Part shown: piece by piece, positions 1 through 11,721 of the stretch
Layout of the letters: the number at the start of each line of letters is the position of its first letter
Position numbering within the stretch: the first letter of the stretch is position 1
Source of the DNA: Antedon mediterranea
Lineage: Eukaryota; Animalia; Echinodermata
NCBI RefSeq assembly: GCF_964355755.1
Contig: NC_092670.1
Coordinates: 17,160,795 to 17,224,794, forward strand
Direction: 5' to 3'
DNA: 64,000 bases
Translations under genes and position numbers: made by a program
Notes under the pieces: model-generated
Databases searched by the model: none
What the model was told of the DNA's origin: nothing
What the model saw: the letters and a program-made list of their open reading frames with translations, nothing else

Positions 1-277
1 GTAACTAAATGGCAATCTGTATAATAATTATAATGACTGACAAATCAAATACTGCAAAATAATTTACAGTATTCTTTACATTATTACATTTTTTTTTTTG
101 ACATTTTTTACAGCAAAACTGAATACCTGATTTGTTTTTTTACCATAAAGTACAGTATACATACCATGGAGGAAAAAAAAAATGTTTTACCTCCATGATA
201 CATACTGTACATATTTTAACATTTAAATCACTCATCCATGTGAGGTCAGATTCAAACAATGATTTGAGTACACTTAC

Positions 278-960
278 TGTCTTGGACGGACATCAGGTAA
301 CGTTCTATTTAGTGCAACTCTGTCGCTTGCCATTAAATTAAATTCATTTATCTTAAAAAGTCTGTCTGACTCTGCTTTATTTTCTTGTTCTATGATTACT
401 GGCTTTCCCATTTCGCCAGGTGCATCTAAGTTGATTTGGCGTGGAACATCTAAAGAGAAGGCAATTATTATTTTGCTTCTTAAAATTAAGAAACAGTACC
501 TGGAATAATACTACTTCATAAGATAAGTTTACTGTACTTAATTATTAACAATAATAATTTGTTAAGCCAATACTTTTTACGAAGCCCTTTGAATTTTGTT
601 TGTCTCAATTGTTTTTTAGGTCTAGGTTACTTTAGGCTAGAGGCTTTTTAAATCATTCATACCATCAAAATGGTCTCCCATATTTTTCTAGTTGTCTCCT
701 CTATCATAATTCTTAACAATAAGAATGTATTCAATCTTTAGATTCTTACCTATTTGTTTTTTATCTTCTGGTTTTCTATATACCCATTCATTTGCATTCT
801 CAACAATACGTTTCACTAGATTGGGATCGTTTTCACTTGCTTTTTTGCATGTAGGTCCTATACAAGGAGCAGAGTAGTACAGTACAGCCACTACATCAAT
901 AAAAACCCAGATCATAGAGGTTGCAATGATCAACTTACACTGTCTCCTTTTCGAAATCAT
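278..960 (-). CDS. Polypeptide N-acetylgalactosaminyltransferase, GALNT1/13-like; first two coding exons (960-750, 449-278). The gene continues off the left edge.
   Basis: Spliced translation [29 protein letters not shown] (type II TM anchor) ... [12 protein letters not shown]...[24 protein letters not shown] matches the GALNT1/13 stem motif. GT-AG sites are in phase. A likely non-coding upstream exon has its donor at about 1840. Confidence 0.88.
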
Positions 961-1939
961 ATTTATTTTTTTTAAGGTCTCAACTAACCAACAAATACTG
1001 GACACCAAAGCCTGTAAAAAATCATTCAAAGGTCAAATTTTAGTATGCAAATTAACATTATGATCATATATAAACAAAATGAGGCAAACCACCAATAAAT
1101 GACTGTGAGATATCATGTCCAACTTCATGCAGACATGCACTAAATAAATAGGATTAATGTGACAAAAATTGTTTTGTTTATTTTAATTTTATGATAAATC
1201 ATATAACATTTTTTCTTTTCACCATTAATCTTATTCTCAGTATATTTTTTTTGTCTTTTTTTTGTGAGGTTCACTTACCTTTATTTAATTTCAAAACATG
1301 ATTATTTTGATAAATAAACATTCTTATTATGCTTTACTTGTTGTGTATTTGTTTATTTAAAATATATAAATTTAATAATAAATTAAATATATTAACTTGT
1401 TTCCTCTTACATCTAATCTTAAAAATCTCTGTAAGAGATCATTCATACACATATTCTAATTGACATTCTCTCAGTCCCATCACTTCAGTACTGCTGCATT
1501 TGATATTTAATTAATTAAATATTATAAGTGTAGGCCTATGTTACGATGAGTCTACTGGACTCGTCTAGCCTGTAGTAAGCAGCTAAAGCTAGGCTACCTA
1601 GCTTTCCACTAGGCCTAGGCTAGATAGAGGCCTCTATTGGCTAGGAGGCCTTTTAGGCCTAGTCTACCAAGCAACCTGCTATCATAGCTAGGCCCTACAC
1701 TAGATAGAGGGCCTGCTGGATGGATGATCCGAGGGCCTAATTAGCAGCTAGGCCTAGGCTAGGCTAGCCTTAGTCCGAAGCGAAGGTATTATTATTTTAG
1801 TCTATACTATTCCAATACAATTTCTTCCATTATACTTACCTAACATTCACATTTATGAGGTACGATTACTTGTATATAGTGTTATTTACAACATGAGTAG
1901 TGTTCCCGTTGTCCGTTTCAATAAATTTACTAACTTCCG

Positions 1940-2420
1940 CAGGAGGTGGTGGTGGACATGTTATTTTTTATCTTGCAATTTACACGTCACGTACACGACT
2001 CAGACACACGGCGGCCGGACGTCGTAATCGAGAGAGCAGAGCAGTAACGCACCACATCCACAGAGGGCAGCAGAAGAAATCGAGCGAGCAAACGGAGTGA
2101 ACTCGCTTTCACGTTTCATTCTTTTCTACACAATGCTAGGACGTTTTACTTTTATTTTTGGTTTGCGTCAAAAAGTGAAAATGATTGTAGACCTGTATTA
2201 GTCCCTGGTGTTCAGCGCATATTTTTGACCAGTTTGTCGCACGTGTTACAACTACACGATGACATGTAAATTGGAATATCAACTACTGGCCAATCACATA
2301 CTGAGTTTATGATATAGGCACGTGGTTGGCGGACACGACGAGTTTACTCTAGAATTTTAGGAGAGAAAAATGCGGCCGGGCAGCGGTGATGACATGCTGC
2401 TGACGATGGGTAAAAAACAA
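1940..2420. promoter_or_regulatory. CpG-richer putative promoter / 5' UTR region of the GALNT gene
   Basis: Local GC/CpG enrichment upstream of the donor at 1840, with a CCAAT box (about 2290) and CACGTG (about 2319). Confidence 0.4.
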
Positions 2421-2537
2421 CTTCTCAAAAGTGTCCGGACAATAGGTAATGGCTATTATATTTATAAATCAACATGCTAGTAGTTAATACTCTACTACTC
2501 TATATAGGCCTATAGATGATTATTAGTTATTGTATTA

Positions 2538-2606
2538 ATTGTCGTATTCGATTGGGAACTTTCGTTGTCAACGTAAAGATTCGTTGAGTACTTTTTGTAT
2601 TCGAAT
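2538..2606. mobile_element. One-ended fragment of the MITE at 53760-53968
   Basis: Reverse complement of about 53903-53968 (ttgtcgtattcgattgggaactttcgttgtcaacgtaaagattcgttgagtac). Confidence 0.75.
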
Positions 2607-2883
2607 ATATAGATATAGATAGATGTATATAGATTAAAGATGTATTGTCACCCAAAAACATGAAAAATGAAGATTTAGAAAATCGTACTATGAATAGGCA
2701 ATTTTGTAGCCTTAAAGTTCCAACCCACAGCCAATTTGACTATTTTTTGCTTTAAATTACATTTTTTTGGTCAAAGTGAATAAATATTATGTAATATTAT
2801 GCAACATTAAAATGGCTTATGCAACAAAAACATTTATATATCTTTAAGCTGTCAGTCTAAATAATATATATATAATATATAAC

Positions 2884-3012
2884 TTTTCTGGCTGTTTACT
2901 TTATCGTTTTGATTTAGCTTTTCGCTTTTTTTTTGTATCTCCAATGAGATCCAGCCACTGATACCCACAGCATTGTCATTTTTTTCAGTAATTTGCCTTT
3001 GGATTTATATAT
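2884..3012 (+). mobile_element. Penelope-like terminal-repeat fragment (same family as 18011-18172 and about 18258-18392)
   Basis: Near-identical tail gagatccagccactgatacccacagcattgtcatt...gcctttggatttata followed by (ta)n. Confidence 0.55.
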
Positions 3013-3303
3013 ATACTGTATATAACATTGAATGTAAAAGCATCTCAAAACATACTAGTATATTGGATACTTTTTGTTTAGTTGTTTGAGTGCAACTGTT
3101 GAAAGTTGAATACTATACACTAATTACATCATTTTATATTGGTATACAGTACATTGCAAATAAACAAATACAAATTGAAACAAAATCAGTAAATTCCATG
3201 TTTATTAATTCAACTTGCATTTGAACATACTAATCTAATAATATTTTTGTAGGCGCATCATTCAGCAGCTTTACTGCTCTGCACAGTTGGCAATTCAGAA
3301 CAT

Positions 3304-6300
3304 TTAGATCTTGTTAAATGCTGCAATATCCATACTTTGAATCTGAAAAAAAAAAAACAGAATTGTGTTCATTAAATTAATTTCTTCTCATTGCATCATT
3401 TTAAATCTGCTAATTAATTCCCTGAAATATAACTTGAAACAACAATTTGATAAAAAACATGATCCAAAAAAAATGATTTATCTCAAAACAATTATTTTAA
3501 GGAAGTCCGATTAAATTTGTCTTTTAAAAAAATAAGAATGGAATCAAAATAATTGTATGCATTTTCTTGGTATGTATAAATAAATGATACATTGTTTATT
3601 AAACTTACATATTCATCAAATTCCAATATTTTTTCTTCCAAAAAATCTGTACTTATTTTATCATCTTCTACCACACATGAAATCGTAAGTTTTTTAATTC
3701 CATAGGCAACTGGCACAAGTTTACCTTAAAAAAAAATATTTTATTTTAAACTGATATATTTTATAAACGGAAGCTGGATTCATCACCTAATTTCATTACA
3801 CACTATCAAACTAGTTTGACAAAAAAGTGTGATGTGCCCAAATATGGTGGTGATGTGCCCAAATATGGTGGTGATGTGCCCAAATATGGTGGTGATGTGC
3901 CCAAATATGGTGGTGATGTGCCCAAATATGGTGGTGATGTGCCCAAATATGGTGGTGATGTGCCCAAATATGGTGGTGATGTGCCCAAATATGGTGGTGA
4001 TGTGCCCAAATATGGTGGTGATGTGCCCAAATATGGTGGTGATATGACATCGTGTCCATATAGATGCATCACGTTCTTTTGTCACTTAAAATTTGACTGT
4101 GAAACATGTTCATGTTTCAATGTTCAACTTTATTTTAGGTTGTCGTATGTGGGTTCATTCCACTTTTATTTCTTCAACCCTTCTCGGGACAGATGTTATA
4201 TGTACAATATTTTGATCAAGAAATAATACACATACACACAGTGGCGTAACACAGATGCCCGAGGCTTCTGGTTTAGGAACACTCCAATGCCAGAGGCCTC
4301 GGGTGTTTTTAGCCTTTTTTCGACATGTTTTAATGCCTGATCATCCCTCTTGGCACTGCTCAGGGGCCGCCCATAAGCTCCAGGCCCCTGGGTTTAGCCA
4401 GTGAGTGCTCATAGCTGGTACGCCACTGCATACATACTTTTCTATCTCTACTACTGTATCAGTTTTATTTGTCTACAATATTTTAACAATCTAATTAATT
4501 TGTATAAAGTCAATTGCCAACCTGTTCCCCATAGTAATCCATCAGCTTCTATAGATCGTACACGTTTTTCCAACTCCTTCATGTCTGTTTCATCATCCCA
4601 CTTGAATAAAATTAAATTGTTTACATGTTTACATCTGGTTTTCATTTAAAAAACATATTTGGATGTACTTTTTTACAATTGTAATTGTGTGTGTATTTGA
4701 ATGCAGAGAGTTGGTTGTTTATTATTAAATCTAACCAGATTTCCGAGGATAATCATAAGAGAATAATTTATATTTATGCATTTTCAAGGGATGATATTTT
4801 TCTCAAAGGATTACATTTTCCCAAAGTGCGCAAGCAGGCAATATCTCAGTTGTATAATATTATACTGATTATACACTTACCGGTTTAACGTCCAAAATAA
4901 TATTAGATTTGGCAATCAAAGTAGGTTCTGGAGAAAAAAAAAAGGCAAAAATAACATTTTATTGATTTGGTTCAGCATTATATATGATTATGGAGGATAG
5001 GTATACTAGGTGCAGTGCCAGGGCCAAAATGTTAAAAAACGTATATACAATTTAATTTAAAGAAAAACTGAAGAAAAACAAGGGTGCAATAAAAATGGTC
5101 TTGATTTAATGAAGATGACTACCACCATCAGACAGCCACAACTCCCATTAGACCAGTATAAGTCCCATGGTTGAGCACATTGTTAATTAATTTCAGTATT
5201 ACCAACATCATAATGTGCTAATCAGCATAGTTTATCAGAATCTGGTAAAGCTGTATTAAGCAATATAATCATTTGTTAGCTTTTGATTGTTTTTGTAATA
5301 TTTATTTAGTACTGTAGTTCAATTTCGTACTTCAAAATTATTAAGTTAATGCAAAATAATTAAGAATACTATTTTTTAAATTTCTTTGGCCTATTTAACA
5401 GTATTTTAACATTGGCCTATATCACTTCTGCAATTTGATGTATTTTTCTCATTGTCTTAATTATGTCAAGGAAAATTAATTTCCATTTTTTAAGTTGACC
5501 AATAAACGAGCAGTAACTGTAAGCAGAAAAGCGTGTGCTTTTCCATGTAAAATTTGCATCTATCCGAGTGCTCAACCGCCTGTCTGCACATATTTTATGC
5601 AAATAGTCACTTACCGTTACCACTCTTCTGTGTAAATTGGTCTTAACACTACAGTACATATATAAATATAAAAGAGCAAATGAAAATTACTTTTAGCTTT
5701 CTTGGCATTGTATGCCTCTAATCTTTCTTGCTTTAACCTTGCCACTTCTTCTGCATCCTAAAAAAAAAAACACCATAAAACCGTAAAAGTATAATCATTT
5801 TTGTTAATTACATGTTATGTTTTTACAATAACATAGGCATTCATAATAGATAAAAACGTTGCTTTTTTAGGTCTAAATAAACATACCTCATCATCATCTG
5901 AGCCGAACAAATCATCATCGTCATCATCATCATTTTTTCCATCACCTGCAGGACCATACTCCGAAGCTGGTTTCTTCACACCTGGTAGACTGCCAAAATC
6001 CTTACTGTAAGATTTTACATGATTGTACCAACGAGCAACATGAACTAAGTCTGCACCTGGGCTCTTACCTACCGCGTGGAAAATGACAACATCGGCCTGT
6101 GAAGGTACATACCTAAACAAAATTGCATTTTGTGTTAAACATAGTAGTATTCTATATTACACAAATATAAATGTTTTTGAGAAAAATGGCACAAATAATT
6201 TTATGAGTTGAAAGATGAAAATAAAACATTTCATCTTTTTCACCAACTGAAATTATTTGTGCCATAGCAGGAATATAATACATTATTATTATATATAATC

Positions 6301-7261
6301 TTTATTATACATTATTTTATAACCTAGAAAGAGGCCAAGGCTTAAACCATTTGATAAGGCAGCAATATCAATCAATTGGATGAAAAGTAGAACAATTATA
6401 GATAATCTCCGGAAATACCCCGAAACGCAATAAACAGTTATTTTTTTATGTTTGACTGGTCACAAAAATCGTATATTGTTCAGAGAAATAAAGCCAAGTG
6501 CTAGGCCTAGATAGATGGTTAAACTCGCAATGCATTTGAAGCGCGAAAAGTGTACGGTTACCAAGCTGTAAATACTATTGAGCCAATAGTAAATTTAATA
6601 ATTTAAATCAAAACATTAATAAAAATTATGCAAACCCTAACTTAATAACAGTATAATAATATAGCACTGGAATATTTGCAATTAAAATGACTTTCAAGGA
6701 TGAACAATACATCTAGGATAATTAAATAAAGCAAATAGGCACGGCGGCCTTGCCCTTGGCTTTTATGTAATCCGAAAAATGTCACGTGCTACATTTAACT
6801 TACAAGAACCCTTGCACGTGGTCATACTAGCTACGGTAATCATTCTGCCAACGCATTGGACTGGTGGTAATCCGTGGTAGGTACTGCTACTGAGTAGGGT
6901 TATATTTTATGATATTCATGCTAAAAATAGCCTAGCTAGTCACGTCTAGGCCGAGTAGGAGGAATAGGAGTAGGATAATAATAAAACTAAACTAAAGCCT
7001 CATCATCCCTCTCTTCAACACACTACCTAGTTCTAGGCTTCCTCCCTACAGGCGGCCTCTAGCCTCTTTCTACTACTAGAGTAGAGTCTATTTTAGTACA
7101 CTACAGTAGTTTAGTATAGTCTATAGATAGGCCCTCTAGCTAGTAGAATTAAACCTAGCCTATACATACGGTTATTCGTACCCTTCAATATAACTTTTTT
7201 GTGCGAGAAACTCGTTCAGTGCTTGAAGACCAGTCTTGTTTTTCAAATCACCAAATCCCAT
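3304..7261 (-). CDS. EEF1B2: Elongation factor 1-beta; 7 coding exons (7261-7182, 6112-5887, 5757-5691, 4927-4881, 4600-4522, 3724-3609, 3342-3304)
   Basis: Spliced translation [35 protein letters not shown]...[11 protein letters not shown]...[18 protein letters not shown]...[11 protein letters not shown]...[11 protein letters not shown]; all junctions GT-AG and in phase. Confidence 0.97.
3797..4105 (+). mobile_element. Tourist/PIF-Harbinger-like MITE (family A) with about 10 internal copies of a 21-bp unit
   Basis: Left end cactatcaaactagtttgac is shared with six other copies; unit gtgatgtgcccaaatatggtg spans about 3829-4043. Confidence 0.8.
4239..4428. mobile_element. hAT-like MITE
   Basis: TIR cagtggcgta...tacgccactg, flanked by catacaca / catacata (7 of 8 match, 8-bp TSD). 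Confidence 0.75.
5190..5275 (-). ncRNA. Candidate box C/D snoRNA in an EEF1B intron
   Basis: Sense to host: C-like ATGATTA (5272-5266), D' CTGA (5238-5235), C'-like ATGATGT, D CTGA (5196-5193). The 12-nt guide GCTTTACCAGAT is antisense to the recalled 28S segment ATCYGGTAAAGC. Confidence 0.6.
5515..5655 (-). ncRNA. Candidate box H/ACA snoRNA in an EEF1B intron
   Basis: Sense to host, about 140 nt: hairpin (tagtgttaagacc...ggtaagtgacta), H box ATAAAA, hairpin (gcaga-c-aggcg...cgctt-t-tctgc), then ACA 3 nt from the end. Confidence 0.65.
6185..6266. repeat. Imperfect inverted repeat (hairpin), possible MITE remnant
   Basis: atggcacaaataattt...aaagatgaaa / tttcatcttt...aaattatttgtgccat. Confidence 0.6.
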
Positions 7262-7500
7262 CTTGTCTGTTTTGCTGCACGACGGCGAATGACCAAACTA
7301 GATAAAGAACCGAGAGAACCGGACCAACCCAAAAAGCCACGTGTATATTGTATGGAACGCCGTTTGGGCCTTGTGTATATTTTTTTCGCACCAACCCATT
7401 CTTTATATAGCGCCACCTTGTGGTTGTTTAGTTCAGACAATACTTACAATACAACTGGAATTTCCACACCGAAAAGTTCTTTACAGTATGTACAGTTAGT
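7262..7500. promoter_or_regulatory. Divergent EEF1B/EXOG promoter with an E-box and a CTCF-like site
   Basis: Start codons at 7261(-) and 7889(+). CACGTG at about 7338. tagcgccaccttgtggtt (about 7408-7425) is the reverse complement of a CTCF-type core. Pyrimidine tracts on the EEF1B sense strand are TOP-like. Confidence 0.55.
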
Positions 7501-7888
7501 CCCAAGTAGAGTGTAGGCAAGTATAGACTAGTGACTACTAGGCTAGCCTATATCAAACAAGGTCAGGGAGGTTAAATAACCAATATTATCCGTAATATAG
7601 AATACCTCTTCTTTGTCTTAGTTATTAATATATAGTTATTATTACATTATATTATGATGCTGCTTTACCAATGATAAATTGAAGTGTATATTATTGGTTA
7701 TATACTTTTTAAAGTACGGTAATACCATTCATTTTTATTCATTTGATTTGTTTATCACATAGTATAATTGTAATTATAAATTGCTCTCACAGGTTACTAA
7801 TTTGTGCTACCTTCAATACACCAAAATCCCTGGGTCACCATTTCACAGAATTGTCAATAAAGTAGCTGACCTTCATAAAACAAAAAGT

Positions 7889-10800
7889 ATGGCTAGACCT
7901 ATTGGAACATTTTGTGGAAACTTGGCAATTGCTGCAACGTCATCGTTCGTTGTTCTTGGATTTGTGAGTTTTTTTCAATCAAAAGAAAAAGAGACGGAGT
8001 TGCCTAACAACATTAAAGAAAAATTCACAACAGGTAGTCATCACTTTCTAAAATTTAAATAATATATTTGTATTTGTTGATCAAGAATGCATGATGTGTA
8101 TGAAAAATCGATTTACAATAACCCCTATTAAAGAGACACCATTAGGACCCAACAAATTAATAAGTTAATTATCCCCTGAATAGGAGTTTCCCCTGTGTAA
8201 GTTGGCCATAGTTTCCCTGCAATAGTGGTGTCGTATAGGCTGTACTGCAGTTAATAAAAATGTGATAATTTAGAATCAATAAAACAAAATTGATCGTATT
8301 ACTTTTAGCTGATCCGCAAAAAATATCTCAAGGAGCCAGAATTTTGAAGTATGGTGCCCCAGAGCGAGGAGAAAATGTCTATTTTCATGCCAATCATGTA
8401 TTGGGGTATAATCAAGCCAAAAGAATTCCTGACTGGGTAGCAGAGCACATCACAGGCGATCATCTAAAAGGTAATTGCAACAGGGCATTTTGGTTGTATG
8501 TCACTGGTTGGAGGTAGGCCTACACACCTAATTGGTGACAGTGGCTTTTGTGTTTTCTTGGCAGCTAGTGACTATGATTTTATATTTTCTTCTTGCGTCG
8601 TGTTTGTTTAATTTGTTGATTTGTATTATATTTTGTAAAATATACCTTTTGCCTGAATAAATAATAATAATGATTCCTTTTACACATGGGGTAATTCCAT
8701 GACAAATCAACCAGTGGCTTGGTTAAAAAATCACATTAGTTTAAAAGTTATGGCTGTTTAAAAATGAAGCAGGTCCACATTGGTCGCAAAATTTGTAATA
8801 TTTTAGTATTTTTATTAAACAATAATTGTGAATTTTATTATTGGACAAGGCTAAAAAATGCTGACTGTAAATCAACATTCTATTTGTCACTTTTTTCACT
8901 TATTATATTTTTTGCTTAGGTTCAGCAACACGCAAGAAGTCAAACTTCAAAGAAGATTTGCAAATAGTCGACATATTCCGATCATCCAATAGTGATTACA
9001 AAAATAGTGGCTGGTCAAGAGGTCACATGGCACCTGCTGCAGATAGTAAATATAGCCAAGTACTTATAGTTCATTTATATTTCATTTAAATTGAATCAGT
9101 TATTTTTTAGGTGTTATATCCTATTGTAATTCCCTTTTTTTCATATATCCACTCTTCTTTTTGTATAGATTGTACAAAGTGTTACCAGTATTAAGCTCTA
9201 TACTATCAAACGTTATGTGACAACAAATTGTGATGTGCCCATATATGGACATGGACCACATTGTGATGTGCTCATATATGGACATGGACCACATTGTGAT
9301 GTGCTCATATATGGACATGGACCACATTGTGATGTGCTCATATATGGACATGGACCACATTGTGATGTGCTCATATATGGACATGGACCACATTGTGATG
9401 TGCTCATATATGGACATGGACCACATTGTGATGTGCTCATATATGGACATGGACCACATTGTGATGTGCTCATATATGGACATGGACCACATTGTGATGT
9501 GCTCATATATGGACATGGACCACATTGTGATGTGCTCATATATGGACATGGACCACATTGTGATGTGCTCATATATGGACATGGACCACATTGTGATGTG
9601 CTCATATATGGACATGGACCACATTGTGATGTGCTCATATATGGACATGGACCACATTGTGATGTGCTCATATATGGACATGGACCACATTGTGATGTGC
9701 TCATATATGGACATGGACCACATTGTGATGTGCTCATATATGGACATGGACCACATTGTGATGTGCTCATATATGGACATGGACCACATTGTGATGTGCT
9801 CATATATGGACATGGACCACATTTGGGCACATCACAGTTTTTTTTGTCAAACTACATTAGTTTGATAGCATAGAGGGAGCTTTAGTGGAAATCATTTAAT
9901 AGTATGTGTTTACCTTTTCAGATAGCAATGGATGAAACGTTTTTATTGTCTAATATTGTTCCACAAGACATCAATAACAATCAACATTTTTGGAATCGTT
10001 TTGAGATTTACTGCAGAAGCCTAACGCAAACATTTCATGATGTTCGTGTTATTAGTGGGCCTCTATTTATTCCAACAGTTGAAGAAAATGGCAAATTATT
10101 CATAAAATATGAGGTAGTATTCAAACCACTGTTGTATTTGAGTCACAAGAACATTAGTACAACTACACTTAAAATACAAAGAAATGACTCAAATGAAGTT
10201 ATAAACAATTGAACCTTTAGTAGAATATATTTTCAAGTATAGTTGAAGAGATAGGGATTGGGAGTAAGGGATCCTACTGAACTCCACACACTACACAATG
10301 CTATACATCAGGATTTCTACTCTATACATAGCACCTACTGCACATAGTACCCATCCCAAAATAATCAACCTTACTCCTAAATATATCTGAATCTACCCTC
10401 GATCTCGATCTTAGAACTCTTTTTGCCTCCATGCTCTCAGAAAAACAACTGCTAGTTGAGCCAAGTTTTCGTGTTTAAATAAAGCATATTATTATTATTA
10501 TTACTGTACTTACTAAACCAGCAGTAGCACCCGGGCGTGTGGTACGTTTGATGTGTGGTGTATAGTTGGACCATTCTAAATAAACAAATTCGTATTTACA
10601 TTAATCTTTTGTAACTACACACTACTTTATTTACAGGTAATTGGTGTAAATCAGGTTGCTGTTCCAACTCATTTGTACAAGATTGTTGTCATTGAAAATA
10701 CATTTGACAAAATGGTAGCTGTTGGTGCATTTATTGTTCCAAATCAACCTATCACCGGTTCAGACCTTGCCAACTATCAAGTTTCACTTGATGATCTAGA

Positions 10801-11050
10801 GAAAAAATCTGGATTAAAGTTCTTACCGATGTTAAATTTGAGTAAGACAAAGAACTTGTGTAGTGTTGTTAGCTGTAAGCTTATGGGTGGTAAAGAATTA
10901 GAACTAATGTTTATTCGTAAGAAACTTGAAAGTGCTTATAACTTGGATGAACTTGAAAAAGTGTGGAAGGAAATGAAGAGAAAGAAAATAAGTCCAGAGA
11001 AAGCAGAATATGAAATATATGAAAGAAAAAAGGCTGAACTGATGAGATGA
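7889..11050 (+). CDS. EXOG: Mitochondrial endo/exonuclease EXOG; exons 7889-8033, 8309-8470, 8920-9059, 9922-10113, 10637-11050
   Basis: GWSRGHMAPA (SRGH is EXOG-type; EndoG has DRGH), ETFLLSNIVPQ..WNRFEIYCR, VAVPTHLYK, an N-terminal hydrophobic segment and a C-terminal wing-like extension. Confidence 0.92.
9192..9883 (-). mobile_element. Family A MITE with about 18 copies of a 33-bp unit
   Basis: Termini aagctctatactatcaaac / gtttgatagcatagagggagcttta; unit attgtgatgtgctcatatatggacatggaccac spans about 9227-9821. Confidence 0.85.
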
Positions 11051-11312
11051 TAATAAAACGTATCGGGGGAGGGTGGGGGTTTGTTGACAGAGATGGCTCC
11101 ACACTTAATTATTTTTTTAATGAAATGAAGCTTATTGAGAAACCTGTAATTTTAGCTCTCCCTATCGTATATGGTGCTACATCGTATTTGTAAATTAATT
11201 TAATTAGAGTTAAAGACAAACTAAATATTAATAGGCTGCTCAAATTTTCATTTTAAGTGGACCAATAATTTCTTGAATCGTAAAATTGCGCATGTGCTTT
11301 GCAAGTTTATAA

Positions 11313-11428
11313 AGCTGTGTCTACACTATCAAACTTTATATGACAAAAGAAAATTGATGTGCCCATATATGGAAACGATGATGTCAAACTCAGTTTTTTC
11401 AAACTAGTTTGATAGTGTAGACAGAGCT
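11313..11428 (-). mobile_element. Family A MITE, short copy
   Basis: TIR agctgtgtctacactatcaaact / agtttgatagtgtagacagagct with a perfect TAA target-site duplication. Confidence 0.88.
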
Positions 11429-11721
11429 TAATAGCTTATTAAAAACCCATTAAATTAGTATTGACTTGGGTCTCGTGCCTAGAAAAGAAAAAGTATTGTT
11501 AGAATTGCCAAAATAAACAAAAGTGATGTTGATAGTCCTTATTGGTCTAGTCACCCTAACCATTCAACACAATATATCTTGTTTTGATCACTATTTTTCA
11601 TTGAGATATTATTATATGATTAGGTAAAATGATAATCGAGGCTCATGATTGATATCAATATCAGATCTACAGAAAATGATAATAATAATAATGTGATATA
11701 TAGACTATATAGGAATCATTT

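Noticed and set aside
3783-4226. Overlapping repetitive ORFs (HHHHIWA, DVPKYGG and others)
   Set aside because: Translations of a 21-bp tandem repeat inside an intronic MITE; open in several frames only because the unit lacks stop codons.
5169-5577. 10-bp inverted match ggttgagcac / gtgctcaacc
   Set aside because: Too short to distinguish from chance.
9121-9873. 200+ aa Cys/His-rich repeat ORFs or a CRISPR-like array
   Set aside because: Head-to-tail 33-bp minisatellite with no unique spacers, inside an EXOG intron of a eukaryote.
7889-11050. Endonuclease G (ENDOG)
   Set aside because: The SRGH motif and C-terminal extension indicate EXOG.
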